Shown piece after piece: positions 1 through 9,553 of a stretch of DNA of 64,000 nt. Source of the stretch: a virus (Duplodnaviria; Caudoviricetes). How positions within the stretch are numbered: position 1 is the first letter of the stretch; each line of letters begins with the position of its first letter. The notes below the pieces were generated by a model. It was not told the origin of the DNA, made no database searches, and was given only the letters and a program-made list of their open reading frames with translations. The position numbers were made by a program, and so were the translations under genes. The DNA is taken from IMG/VR virus record IMGVR_UViG_3300032303_001959, positions 1-64,000 of that record; one strand, 5' to 3'.

Positions 1-3000
1 ATAGGTATTCCGGCTTGTCTTATATCTTTCCGTAGCTGAGATGCCCGGCTCTGCGCATCGACGACTTCCTGCTCGTATTGACGAAGCGTTTCGCGGACCT
101 TTTCAGCATCCGAGAACTCCTGCATATCATTGCGTACAAGCTCTTGAAGTATTCCTTCATACCGCTCTCTTGCGATCTGACTAAGAACAGCCGGTTCAAT
201 GAAAGAGGACGGAACGCCAGGCAGTGCCCCGAATATCGAGTTAAGGAGCTTACCACTGAGAAAGCCCTTACCCTTTCCAGCATCTCCAATTTGCGACTCT
301 TCTTTAAGTTTGACGGTGGGAAACAAAATATCCAACTGGGCGTTGCTTTTGCCGTTGTACATGGAAGGGCGGTAACCCGAAGTAAACCCAAAACCCTCCC
401 GCATAACGATGTCATGTACAGCTCGCTGGATGAAAGGAAGGCTTTCGCGGTATTTAGCCATCTGCTGGATAAACGCCTCGTACTTCTTCCTGCGTTTGTC
501 TTTGGTTGGTAGTGTTTCATATTTGTCTAGCTCCGTATCGTAGGCTTCGCTTGCTAAACCTCTCTGCGCGTCATAATCATTGCCCATTTCATCGGGGGAG
601 AAGGCCGCGTCGAAGGTACTTGATATGCTTTCCCCCGCTTTAACTTCTTCAGTCTTACCCTCCAGAGAGATAAACGACTGCTCGTTTATTTTCATATTGC
701 TTGCGATGCCAACAACCCTTCTTGCTAAACCATCAACACCACCGTAGCCCTCAACGGACATGGCGGTCACAAAACCGTAAAGTGTATTTGTCGGACGTGA
801 TTCGTTTAAATAGTCATCGCCAAACTGCTCTCGCATATCTTCATATTCGGAAAGTATCTTGTTAAACACGGCGTTAAGCTTTGCGCCGTCTGCTTGTTTG
901 CTCTGTAGAAGGGTTTCAATAATCACCCTGCGCATCAGCTCGCTATCCTTAAAGGCTTCTGTCTGGTTGATGTTCAGGTTATCGACCAGGTTGTTTGCCT
1001 CCTGCTCCGGGATTCCGCTTTTCTTAACACGGCTTAGGAAATGCTCTCTTGGACGACCGGAAGTATTTGGAAACTTTCTTAGAACTCCAGCATTCCAACC
1101 CTTGGTCGTATCATTGCTATCTACCGGGCTGTACACCACACCGCTGTTAAATACGTTAACCGCATCTTCAATGAGTCTCGGCAACAGACGAAGTTCATCT
1201 GCATCGAAAGCTCCCTCATTAATAGCCTGCTGGAAGCGAGCCTCGACATTTTCAAGGAATAGATAGTTCTGCTTCTCCCTTGTCTTTAGACTCATTATGT
1301 TCGCGAGCCCCTTCTCCAATGTTTCACGCGTCTTGCCAAATCCGTCTAGGTAGGACTGGGCGACGGTTTGAAGCAAAAGAACTCGGTTCTTAATTTCGTC
1401 GTCCGAGAAAGTAGTGTCGTCTAATGAAAGAGCATCGACCCCTGCCTTTCTTTTTTCCCGCAACCACTCGTTGATGTTATTACCCAGATCAATAGCCTGC
1501 TCGCGGGTCATTGAAGCAATCTCTCCCGTGGTCATCCTTCTGGCCCCATAAGGTAGCTGACCAATCCACTCCCCCTTAGCCTGATCGTAAACCCCGGTCA
1601 GGTAAATGCCGTCGTCGGTAGCATCAAAGGAAACTACATTTTGAAGCGCCTGAAGCTGTTGGTTAAACTCAATGACATCCCTTGAAACAAGAACAGGACC
1701 ACTAGATCCCTTGATTGTATTTAATATATTCTGGTATGTGCTGGTCAGATCCTGAATCGTAATACCCTTTGGCAGAAAGATGTATTGGCCCAGCTTGTCT
1801 TGCTCTGCAGCAACGGCGGTAGCGGCTTGGAGACTCTCTTCCTCAGATGTCACTTCGACTGACGGCCGCTGTGGGAGCGGAGCCTTATCTCCCATATACT
1901 CACCAGTACGAGGATCTGTAATCCCTGTAACAATTGCGTAACCATCCTTGGTCGTGACAGGCATCTCTTTGCCAGTTGTTCTGGCGATATAAGATATCTT
2001 TGGCAGAACTACCATCCGAACATACTTACCCTCGGGGTCAGCTTTGCGGATCAACTCGGCTTTTTCTGGCGAGATCAGCATATTCAATCTAGCCGACTTA
2101 ACTTCTTTAGCGCCTTCGGTTGGTTCAAGGAGTTTTCCATACTCAACCCCGCCCATCCCACGACTAACCTCTCCAGCGCCCTTTTGAGTTTCGGTTGTCG
2201 CAATAGATTCGTCCGCAAGTCCTTCTTCAAACCTACGCTCGCCCTCACTCAGTTGCTTATTAACGGAAGGGATGGCTTCTCCGGCAGCGTTAAACGCCGG
2301 TACCGTATCCCCAACCGATCCAACACCACCGCCCACGATATCATCTGGGGATTGAGCAAAGGTTTTCTTTAACCCGAAGTTGTTTTCTTCTTTGCTCCCT
2401 AATTCAATATCCTTATTGAACTCATTCTCCTGGAGAGCAAAGAAAGGTTGAAGTAGTCTGTAAAATACGTCTGTAAAGTCCTTAGATAACCCAGCCACAG
2501 GAGCTTCGGATGTTACAATACCAAATGCTGTTTTCATCTCGGTAACCATGATGCTGTCGCCGTGCCTGACGACACCGGTGAAGATGCCGGGGTATGCCCG
2601 CACAAACTGAATAGTGTCCTGATCTGCAATAACTACGGGTTCGCCACGGCTTAATTTCTCGGACACATCCAAAGCAAACCTGCCCCTCCAGTCAGCTCTC
2701 GCGATTTCACCAAGCAATCCTTTGGACTGCGCCCAGCTTAAATCTTGGAGTTCTTCTGGCGTGAGGCTTTTTTGGGCTGCCATTTCGCGAGAATCAAAAG
2801 CTTTAAGCGAAGTTGTCGGGTGGAGAACGTCGGTATCTGGAACAATATTCACACCCCCAGCGTTCGGGATAAACCGGTTTCTAAAGGAGAACGGCAATAC
2901 TCGCAGTACCTGCCCCTTATTGTCGTACAAGTAAAGTGAGTTGGGTTTAAATTGCTTTTCTAGGCTGCCTTCTTCCGTAAGCCCCGCGGTATCCGCGGGT

Positions 3001-6000
3001 GTAAACTTGGCCACAACTGGGCTGACTGAGCCCGTAAGTTCACCCTTAGCAAAGGTTTGAACTTGGTCGGGAGTAAAAGAAACGGAGCCAACACCCGGCA
3101 AGAAAAGGTTGAGGTTGGCCAATGACCCAGCACGAGGGTCTCTTGCAATCGCTTTGGCAAGCATCTTCATGTAGGTGCCTGGTTGGTTTAGCGCATACGT
3201 GTTTTCATCTCGAACGGCCAAATACATCTCCGAAGCAATCTTCTCATTTTCCGCATAGTCTTTAACGATATTGAGAGCTTCCTTAAGAAGGTTTTGGCTG
3301 GCCTTTGTGGGTTTTGTACCTGGTTTAAAAGCGTTTACGGTATTAAAGGCGTCCTGAAGAGTAGTGACTTGTTGAGGGGTTAGGTTTTTTAACACCGGGA
3401 ACGACTTTTTACGCATGCGCTCCGGATCGTTGTCAAAAAGCACGGCCTCAATATGTTTAGCTAGATCCTCATTCGGCACGGCCACTTGCGGCCCACCTTT
3501 AAATACCTGGCTCATGTAACTCGACTCAATCTCTGTAGAGTCTTTAGTTACTTTTGCGTTATTGTTTTTAGTTAAAGGAACTACGGCTGACTCTGGTAGG
3601 CTTGGATCTTTCGGACCACCCCACCAAGTCTCAGCCTGTGCTCCAATCGGCCTTGCCGCCTCTTCCGGGGGAGCAAGTAAAGTAGCCGCGTCAACCTCAG
3701 TCACCTGTCCGCTGGCTTTAGCCTGGGTAACTACTTCGGTTTCGCGCTCGTAGATCTTTGAGATAGTTCTCTTGTAATCAGGCGACACGGGCGAGAAGTA
3801 ATCAAGATCGACAAGATATTGTTTACCTATTGCGTTTTTCGCTTCAATCGTCTGAGGGTTAGTTTGGGATAGCTTGGCGGCCGTCTCCGTGTCTACATCG
3901 GTGCCAATCTCATACACTCCGTTAACACGGACAAGAAACGTCCCCTTCTTGGAATTTGCAAAAGCTGTGAACGGAAACGAAGAAAGCTTGGTAATGCCTC
4001 CCGGGGCTACGGCAGGATTGTAAACTGTGCCCGATTTGGGAGTACCTACGATCTCTCTGCGTCGCTCGACCTTTTCGGAGTTAGCGGCAGACAATAGTTC
4101 CCGGGCTTGACGCTCACTTAGGATAATACCCCGAAGCGACTTCTTTCCTTTATTAAGAATACGGTCAGCTAGAGATATATCTTTATCAGAATCATTGGGG
4201 TCCAAGGCTTGAGCCTCACCAAGCGTGCGATCTAGATTTGGGATAGAGGCGCTCCTTGTGGATTTCTTGCCCCGCGAAACGCTGACTCTACTTACAGGGG
4301 CTGTTGCGCCAGGGAAAATATTATGAGCGGTGCTGCTCAAGAATCTTACGTTGGCTGGGATTTTGGTTCCGGCAAAAATAGCCCGCTCTTGACTACCCGA
4401 GAATGTATGCGGGTACGCTCCGAACATAAGCATAAACTCTTTTCCGGGGTTGGCCTTGGCATGATCAAAGAACCTCTGCATCTCAATCTTAGCGGACCTC
4501 GGATTAAATGTTTCGCCCTTACCCTGCCTGTTATTCTTTCCTTCCGGCCCCTTGTAGTTCCTATCAAAGATTGGAAGAGCATACGTTCTGCCATTTGCTC
4601 CTGTCTTTCCTTTTTCAGCGCCTAGCTGTTGGGCGATCGGTCCAAATACTTTGTCATGATTACCCTGAACATCTGTTCCAAATACCAATACACGATCGTT
4701 GGCTGCCGGATCTACATTTTGGTCAAAAGCAGATAAGAGCTCTTGAGCGCTTTCTTGGCGGGATGTGTATCTGGTGGCCGGTATTGCCTTAGCGATAATG
4801 CTTCCGGGGGAAGCAGAACCAGCATAATCCATTCCGGATGCCTTGCGTCTAGCGTTTGCTTCAGTATTCAGTTCACGTGAAGCTTGATCCTTCGGAATCG
4901 AACCAAGCGTCTGAAACAACTCCCTAGCAGTATCCGTAGCCTCACGATTGATTGCTTCCCTGTTCTTGCCGGTGGTCCGAACTGCTGTGTCCTGTGGACC
5001 GATGATAGTGAAGTTTGCTTTGTCTGGGTTGGCTTTAATGTGCTCCAGGACTCTTGGGATAAGAACATCAGCGCTACGACCTTCAATAAGTGTTTTACCT
5101 TGATCTAAAGCATAGTTTCTTGAGCGAGCCTGCCCAACATCGTTCTTAAGTGTCTCATCGTTTCCGATCACAATAACAAAATCCGAGCTATCGATATTCT
5201 TTTGGTCAGCCTCGTCGGGGTTAGTTGTCGTATCGTAGTCCGAATGAAGCTCTTCTTCTTGCTGGTTTGTCGCCACCTTGTAACCGCCACGTTTAACCCC
5301 GTGCTGTTCTGCCAAAGATTCCGCGACAGATGCAAAAGGCCCAAACGCACTACCGTGATACGTAAAGACGCCCTCGCTCTTTGGCTTCTGCATATTTTCT
5401 TCTGGAGCTCCAGTTTTAACGGGAGCACCAACTTCATCCAAAGTATCGACATTGACCACATCCGGCCCGTTAAGAGCATCGTTAACTTCAGGAGTACTGG
5501 CCTCCCCAGGAACCGGTGCTTGAGCATTAGCGGCTTTCTGAGCTTCTTTCGCCACTGCACTTGGCGCCACTCTTGGCGCACCAAACTGACCTTTTTGTTT
5601 ATCAGCCTGGATTGTGGGGGCGCTGGTCTGACTTGGAAATAAAGCGTTGGTCTTAGACTTCTCTTGAGCCGCCTGTTCGGTCTGCGGAATAAGAGTACGG
5701 GCTCCGCCGAGGCCAAGCTCAACCATACCAGGAACCATTTCACCAATGAACTCTGCCCAAGCGTCAGCTGGATTAGACTGTTCGCCAATCACAGCACTGC
5801 CAGCAACTTCACCTGCCGCGCCCAACATACCTTGCAAAGCCGCGTCTCCAATACCACGAGCCGCTAGGCCCTTGAGCCCTTTAGCTGTTTTGAAAAGCAT
5901 AGACGAGGGAAGCGCAACAGAGGCCGCATCAAATGCACCTACCGTAATTCCACGAGCAAGCGCCCTGTCTTTAATCTGCTGCACTTTTTGTGGGTCGCGA

Positions 6001-6674
6001 AGAATTGCTGCTACGGCTTCGGTGTTCTGAAGATCGCCAGTTTGTTCGCGGAGATCTTCAAGAACTTTTGAACCCCCTTCAACAAAAGCTGATCCAGCCC
6101 CGACACCGGCCATGGTAGCTAGAAGGACGGCTTCTTTTTCACCGCCCGCAGCCCTAGCACTTAAACTACCAGCTGCGCCTAAGGCCATGCCAGGGACGCT
6201 TGAGCCTAAACCTTGAGCAGCAATAAGCGCCGCAGCTTCTGGGTTTGTGAAAATGTTTAGCACTGGCGACCACCAGCTATCCCCACCAGCCTTTTGATAT
6301 TTGAGCATCGATCGAGCAACGGGCTGCGCTTGAAGCTCTCTTTCTTGCTCCGCAATCTCGGCGGCAGCCTGATCAGGGTCTTCAAGCCCGTTGATAGCCC
6401 TAAGGGCTTTAGCGGCCTGCATCGAAGAGGACATTCCGTTTAAGAATTCGTCCTTCATTCTTCCAAAGGTAGATCTCGGGTCGGGTTGCAGTTTTAACGC
6501 GGTCTTCGCCGAGTTTACGTCTTGTTTAGCTTTGACGTATTGCTGCATGTTAAAGTTGCCGGGCCTGAAGGCATCTTCATGCATGGCCGCTTCATATAGG
6601 TTAAGAAGCTCTTCCTGTTGATCAGGATCAGCCCCCTTGAACTTTTCGTTCTGAAGGATATCTGAGATTTGCAT
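1..6674 (-). CDS. Giant internal virion/ejection protein (>2,224 aa, 3' end outside window), polyvalent-type, with SLOG-like and A1S_2505/macro-like domains
   Basis: Manual translation: ATG at 6674 (MQISDILQNEKFKGADPDQQEELL...) stays open to base 1. Absent from the ORF track, probably because it has no stop in the window. Follows two ejection-protein-like genes; has an Ala/Gly-rich hydrophobic N-terminal region typical of podovirus core proteins. Confidence 0.85.
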   Translation of the reverse strand, partial: MQISDILQNEKFKGADPDQQEELLNLYEAAMHEDAFRPGNFNMQQYVKAKQDVNSAKTALKLQPDPRSTFGRMKDEFLNGMSSSMQAAKALRAINGLEDPDQAAAEIAEQERELQAQPVARSMLKYQKAGGDSWWSPVLNIFTNPEAAALIAAQGLGSSVPGMALGAAGSLSARAAGGEKEAVLLATMAGVGAGSAFVEGGSKVLEDLREQTGDLQNTEAVAAILRDPQKVQQIKDRALARGITVGAFDAASVALPSSMLFKTAKGLKGLAARGIGDAALQGMLGAAGEVAGSAVIGEQSNPADAWAEFIGEMVPGMVELGLGGARTLIPQTEQAAQEKSKTNALFPSQTSAPTIQADKQKGQFGAPRVAPSAVAKEAQKAANAQAPVPGEASTPEVNDALNGPDVVNVDTLDEVGAPVKTGAPEENMQKPKSEGVFTYHGSAFGPFASVAESLAEQHGVKRGGYKVATNQQEEELHSDYDTTTNPDEADQKNIDSSDFVIVIGNDETLKNDVGQARSRNYALDQGKTLIEGRSADVLIPRVLEHIKANPDKANFTIIGPQDTAVRTTGKNREAINREATDTARELFQTLGSIPKDQASRELNTEANARRKASGMDYAGSASPGSIIAKAIPATRYTSRQESAQELLSAFDQNVDPAANDRVLVFGTDVQGNHDKVFGPIAQQLGAEKGKTGANGRTYALPIFDRNYKGPEGKNNRQGKGETFNPRSAKIEMQRFFDHAKANPGKEFMLMFGAYPHTFSGSQERAIFAGTKIPANVRFLSSTAHNIFPGATAPVSRVSVSRGKKSTRSASIPNLDRTLGEAQALDPNDSDKDISLADRILNKGKKSLRGIILSERQARELLSAANSEKVERRREIVGTPKSGTVYNPAVAPGGITKLSSFPFTAFANSKKGTFLVRVNGVYEIGTDVDTETAAKLSQTNPQTIEAKNAIGKQYLVDLDYFSPVSPDYKRTISKIYERETEVVTQAKASGQVTEVDAATLLAPPEEAARPIGAQAETWWGGPKDPSLPESAVVPLTKNNNAKVTKDSTEIESSYMSQVFKGGPQVAVPNEDLAKHIEAVLFDNDPERMRKKSFPVLKNLTPQQVTTLQDAFNTVNAFKPGTKPTKASQNLLKEALNIVKDYAENEKIASEMYLAVRDENTYALNQPGTYMKMLAKAIARDPRAGSLANLNLFLPGVGSVSFTPDQVQTFAKGELTGSVSPVVAKFTPADTAGLTEEGSLEKQFKPNSLYLYDNKGQVLRVLPFSFRNRFIPNAGGVNIVPDTDVLHPTTSLKAFDSREMAAQKSLTPEELQDLSWAQSKGLLGEIARADWRGRFALDVSEKLSRGEPVVIADQDTIQFVRAYPGIFTGVVRHGDSIMVTEMKTAFGIVTSEAPVAGLSKDFTDVFYRLLQPFFALQENEFNKDIELGSKEENNFGLKKTFAQSPDDIVGGGVGSVGDTVPAFNAAGEAIPSVNKQLSEGERRFEEGLADESIATTETQKGAGEVSRGMGGVEYGKLLEPTEGAKEVKSARLNMLISPEKAELIRKADPEGKYVRMVVLPKISYIARTTGKEMPVTTKDGYAIVTGITDPRTGEYMGDKAPLPQRPSVEVTSEEESLQAATAVAAEQDKLGQYIFLPKGITIQDLTSTYQNILNTIKGSSGPVLVSRDVIEFNQQLQALQNVVSFDATDDGIYLTGVYDQAKGEWIGQLPYGARRMTTGEIASMTREQAIDLGNNINEWLREKRKAGVDALSLDDTTFSDDEIKNRVLLLQTVAQSYLDGFGKTRETLEKGLANIMSLKTREKQNYLFLENVEARFQQAINEGAFDADELRLLPRLIEDAVNVFNSGVVYSPVDSNDTTKGWNAGVLRKFPNTSGRPREHFLSRVKKSGIPEQEANNLVDNLNINQTEAFKDSELMRRVIIETLLQSKQADGAKLNAVFNKILSEYEDMREQFGDDYLNESRPTNTLYGFVTAMSVEGYGGVDGLARRVVGIASNMKINEQSFISLEGKTEEVKAGESISSTFDAAFSPDEMGNDYDAQRGLASEAYDTELDKYETLPTKDKRRKKYEAFIQQMAKYRESLPFIQRAVHDIVMREGFGFTSGYRPSMYNGKSNAQLDILFPTVKLKEESQIGDAGKGKGFLSGKLLNSIFGALPGVPSSFIEPAVLSQIARERYEGILQELVRNDMQEFSDAEKVRETLRQYEQEVVDAQSRASQLRKDIRQAGIP

Positions 6675-6689
6675 TACACTTTGAAGTAA

Positions 6690-7730
6690 TTATTTGGTCA
6701 TTTTATTCCAGAGACTCTGAAAACGATCCATTGCGGACGGTTGCCCGGGCACGGCTGTCGGAGCTGGGATGCCCGACATACCCGGCCCTCTCGAAACCCC
6801 GGATCTCTGTAAAACACCAGTTATTGCATCTTGGTAAGATTCCCGCGTCTCATCCTTCATCATAGGATCGGACTGAATCATTCTGCCGAGATTTCCAATG
6901 ATGCTAGAAGCGTCTCGAACTGACATTCTTCCGGAGCCATACTCCATTTCTTCCAACCTGCTCTTGTCTGCGTTCTTAACGCTGTCCTTAAACTGATCAA
7001 CAATATTAGTGTCCACGGCCTTTGAGTTCGGGTACTTGGCTTTGTAGCCGTTCAAAGCGGACGTGATCTTGTCCATTTCTTGAAGCGTCAAAGCTCTGTT
7101 TTGCGCATTGGAGTCGACCACATACTTGCTGATAACAGCCTGAACGTATTTGCTGTCCGGGTTATTTTCAGACGTAAGCTTTTGCACCATTTCGCTAAAG
7201 TCCTTCTTCACCGCGTGCGACGAGGCAATGATCGAGCTGTTGGCCACCGACAACTGCGCTTTGTTTAACTGGTCGCGGAGAACGCTGTACTGCTCGACCG
7301 TAGCCCCATCAAGCAGTTCGGGACGGAAAGTAAAGTTTGCCAACTGAGCTTGAGCGTTCATATCGCCCTTGTAAGCCCGAGCGTGAAGATCGCCAATAGT
7401 CTTAAGTTCATTGTTCATGAGCGACTGCATATCCATCGCTCGGTTGTATTTGATGCGTTCAAGATTGGGTTGAGACTTCTCAAGCACGCTCTGCATTCTT
7501 TCGAGAGTTGCCCAAGGCTGGGCGTCCTGCAAAGCCTGACGAGCTGCGTTGTCTTTTGTAGTCTGCTGCATTTGATCCTGCATCAAAGCCATTGTGTCTT
7601 GCGGACGGAATAAACCTCCGTCGTAATTAGGAGCACTGTAATTGCCGGGGCGGAACAAACCGTCCGGGTTGACGGGGCTCACATATTGCGCCGGTTGCAT
7701 CTGTTGTTTATTAGATGAGCCTAAGGCCAT
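6690..7730 (-). CDS. Internal virion (ejection) protein, helical and Gln-rich
   Basis: 346-aa ORF between a Gly-rich ejection-like gene and the giant virion gene. Confidence 0.6.
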   Translation of the reverse strand: MALGSSNKQQMQPAQYVSPVNPDGLFRPGNYSAPNYDGGLFRPQDTMALMQDQMQQTTKDNAARQALQDAQPWATLERMQSVLEKSQPNLERIKYNRAMDMQSLMNNELKTIGDLHARAYKGDMNAQAQLANFTFRPELLDGATVEQYSVLRDQLNKAQLSVANSSIIASSHAVKKDFSEMVQKLTSENNPDSKYVQAVISKYVVDSNAQNRALTLQEMDKITSALNGYKAKYPNSKAVDTNIVDQFKDSVKNADKSRLEEMEYGSGRMSVRDASSIIGNLGRMIQSDPMMKDETRESYQDAITGVLQRSGVSRGPGMSGIPAPTAVPGQPSAMDRFQSLWNKMTK

Positions 7731-7733
7731 AAA

Positions 7734-8918
7734 TTATCTCCCAAATAGAGGTACGGTGTTTCTAGAGGACCAAGGAGCAGAAGGAGCATACGGGCTGAAA
7801 CTTCCAGCCCCGCCACCACCTAAGCCGGTCGCTTTCGGTATTGGAGTAGCTCCAAAAGCAGTACTACCGGAAGCCCCAGTTCCGCTTGAAGCATTCCCAC
7901 CAAATATACCGCCCAACCCAGACAAAAGATTACCCATACCGCCCAAGCCGCTTGATGCACCACCGGCTCCGCCCCCAATACCGCCGAGCGCCGAGACACC
8001 GGAAAGCAAGCCGTTAGCTAATCCACCATAGCCCTGACCGCTTACCGCGCCCTCAATGCCCCCACCCAAACCAGAGCCTATACTCGCACCAGCCATTGTA
8101 CCTATTCCTGGAGCCAAGAAGGTACCCGCAAGAGCTCCAATACCCCCTCCAATAAGGCTGCCTAACCCACTGCTACCCTTAGATTGGTACTTCATCAAAT
8201 CGTAGTTGTACCTATTCATGGCATTGGTATTCGCCGTATTGGTATCGTAGATGGACTGCTCGTTCTTGATGCCTGTGTTGTAATACCGTTCCTGATTTTC
8301 CAAGTCGTTGTTATAGGTAGTTGTATAGTTTGTCAGGTTGGTATTGAACGCCACCTCTTGATTTGAAATAGCTGTGTTAGCGTCCTGCCGGGCTAGGACA
8401 TCTGCTGGGCTAAACAAAAGATCGGTAGGCTTGACCGGGGTCAGTGCATTGGCATCGCCCAAGAGAGTTTGATAATTGTTCAAGCCCGCGCTCTTTAAAT
8501 CCATCGTAGTAGTTCCAAAATCTCTAGCCGTCAGATTTCTACCCCTTTGGCTTGAAGAACCTACACCCGATGTAAAATCCCTAAAGGCCGCGCTACCAAA
8601 CAATTTATCTTCCACATCCTGCGGCATTTCGCCACGAAGTTGCGAGGAAACCATGTCGGCCGCAGACTTAAGATTGTCCATCGTGCCAGGAGCAACTCCT
8701 TCAAGGATGTTTTGAGAAGCTTTATTGGCTGCGCCAGAGAAGCCCTGCAGGTCTCCAAGGACGCTCTCCTGCTGCATAAAGTCTGGGTAAGCATTAAGGT
8801 AAGAACCAAGATCATTAAGATCGAGGTTCAACAATTGCCCTAACTTTTCTAAATCAATCTCAGATAACTTCGGAGATTTGAGCGTTGGAGGAGACGGAGG
8901 GCTGGATTTTCCACCCAT
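7734..8918 (-). CDS. Internal virion/DNA-transfer protein with Gly-rich hydrophobic segment
   Basis: 394 aa; MGGKSSPP start and a GSLIGGGIGALAGTFLAPGIG membrane-like Gly tract, typical of podovirus ejection proteins. Confidence 0.65.
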   Translation of the reverse strand: MGGKSSPPSPPTLKSPKLSEIDLEKLGQLLNLDLNDLGSYLNAYPDFMQQESVLGDLQGFSGAANKASQNILEGVAPGTMDNLKSAADMVSSQLRGEMPQDVEDKLFGSAAFRDFTSGVGSSSQRGRNLTARDFGTTTMDLKSAGLNNYQTLLGDANALTPVKPTDLLFSPADVLARQDANTAISNQEVAFNTNLTNYTTTYNNDLENQERYYNTGIKNEQSIYDTNTANTNAMNRYNYDLMKYQSKGSSGLGSLIGGGIGALAGTFLAPGIGTMAGASIGSGLGGGIEGAVSGQGYGGLANGLLSGVSALGGIGGGAGGASSGLGGMGNLLSGLGGIFGGNASSGTGASGSTAFGATPIPKATGLGGGGAGSFSPYAPSAPWSSRNTVPLFGR

Positions 8919-8919
8919 A

Positions 8920-9342
8920 TTACAGCCCCATCCTGGCTAGCCGATCAAAGAAAGACGCCGGGTAGATCGACATACGATCGAAATGTTTATGTCTGGAAAA
9001 ACCTACATGTGTGGGCCGTCCGAGGTTTTCAAATACCGGTTTAATCATGCGACCCAAACCCCCATGCAAAAGACTGACCGTCCAGTCTACCCAGAGAAGC
9101 TTGCCGTCGGCCTTATGAGCCCAGCGATCGCGAGCCTGCTCAGGATCATCAACTCTGCGAAACAAAGTAACCCCTTGCACCGCCTTGTATTTGTTTACAT
9201 CCCGATCAAGAACAATGGCCATATTCTGCATATGCCACTGAACAGACTTTTCGGGCTCCTGGCAGTGAGGAAGCATGACTTTCACGAAATCGATGGTTTC
9301 CTGTATAAAGGGAGGATTGGCCGGGGTCATGTGTATTGTCAC
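8920..9342 (-). CDS. Small conserved virion-module protein (possibly GNAT-like)
   Basis: 140 aa directly upstream of the ejection genes, where podoviruses often carry a GNAT-like gene; weak motif support. Confidence 0.35.
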   Translation of the reverse strand: MTIHMTPANPPFIQETIDFVKVMLPHCQEPEKSVQWHMQNMAIVLDRDVNKYKAVQGVTLFRRVDDPEQARDRWAHKADGKLLWVDWTVSLLHGGLGRMIKPVFENLGRPTHVGFSRHKHFDRMSIYPASFFDRLARMGL

Positions 9343-9378
9343 TATTCTGCCAGTAATAATATACAGATCAACAACATT

Positions 9379-9552
9379 TTAAGGGGTTGGGGTTTCCGCG
9401 GGCAGCGGTTCGTTGCCCTCTGAAAGCCATTGAAGATAGGTTTGATAGTCTATGTTTGCCGGGTCAAAAGGAATACATGCTCCATCACTCAACCTTTTAA
9501 TTGCCGTATCAAGTGGTAAGCCCGAAAAAAGTATTTTTTGATATTGTTCCAT
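9379..9552 (-). CDS. Small tail-fibre-associated protein
   Basis: [27 protein letters not shown] motif commonly follows phage tail-fibre genes; start re-called at ATG 9552. Confidence 0.6.
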   Translation of the reverse strand: MEQYQKILFSGLPLDTAIKRLSDGACIPFDPANIDYQTYLQWLSEGNEPLPAETPTP

Positions 9553-9553
9553 T

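Noticed and set aside
20-6621. Many short ORF-track calls on both strands (e.g. 5168-5788 minus, 78-512 plus)
   Set aside because: They are shadows or alternative frames of the single giant minus-strand ORF 1-6674.
1-6674. Giant protein as a virion RNA polymerase (N4- or crAss-like)
   Set aside because: No DxDGD/DFDID or T7-type polymerase motif seen in the 2,224 aa available, and the phage uses sigma70-type promoters. The missing C-terminus cannot be judged.
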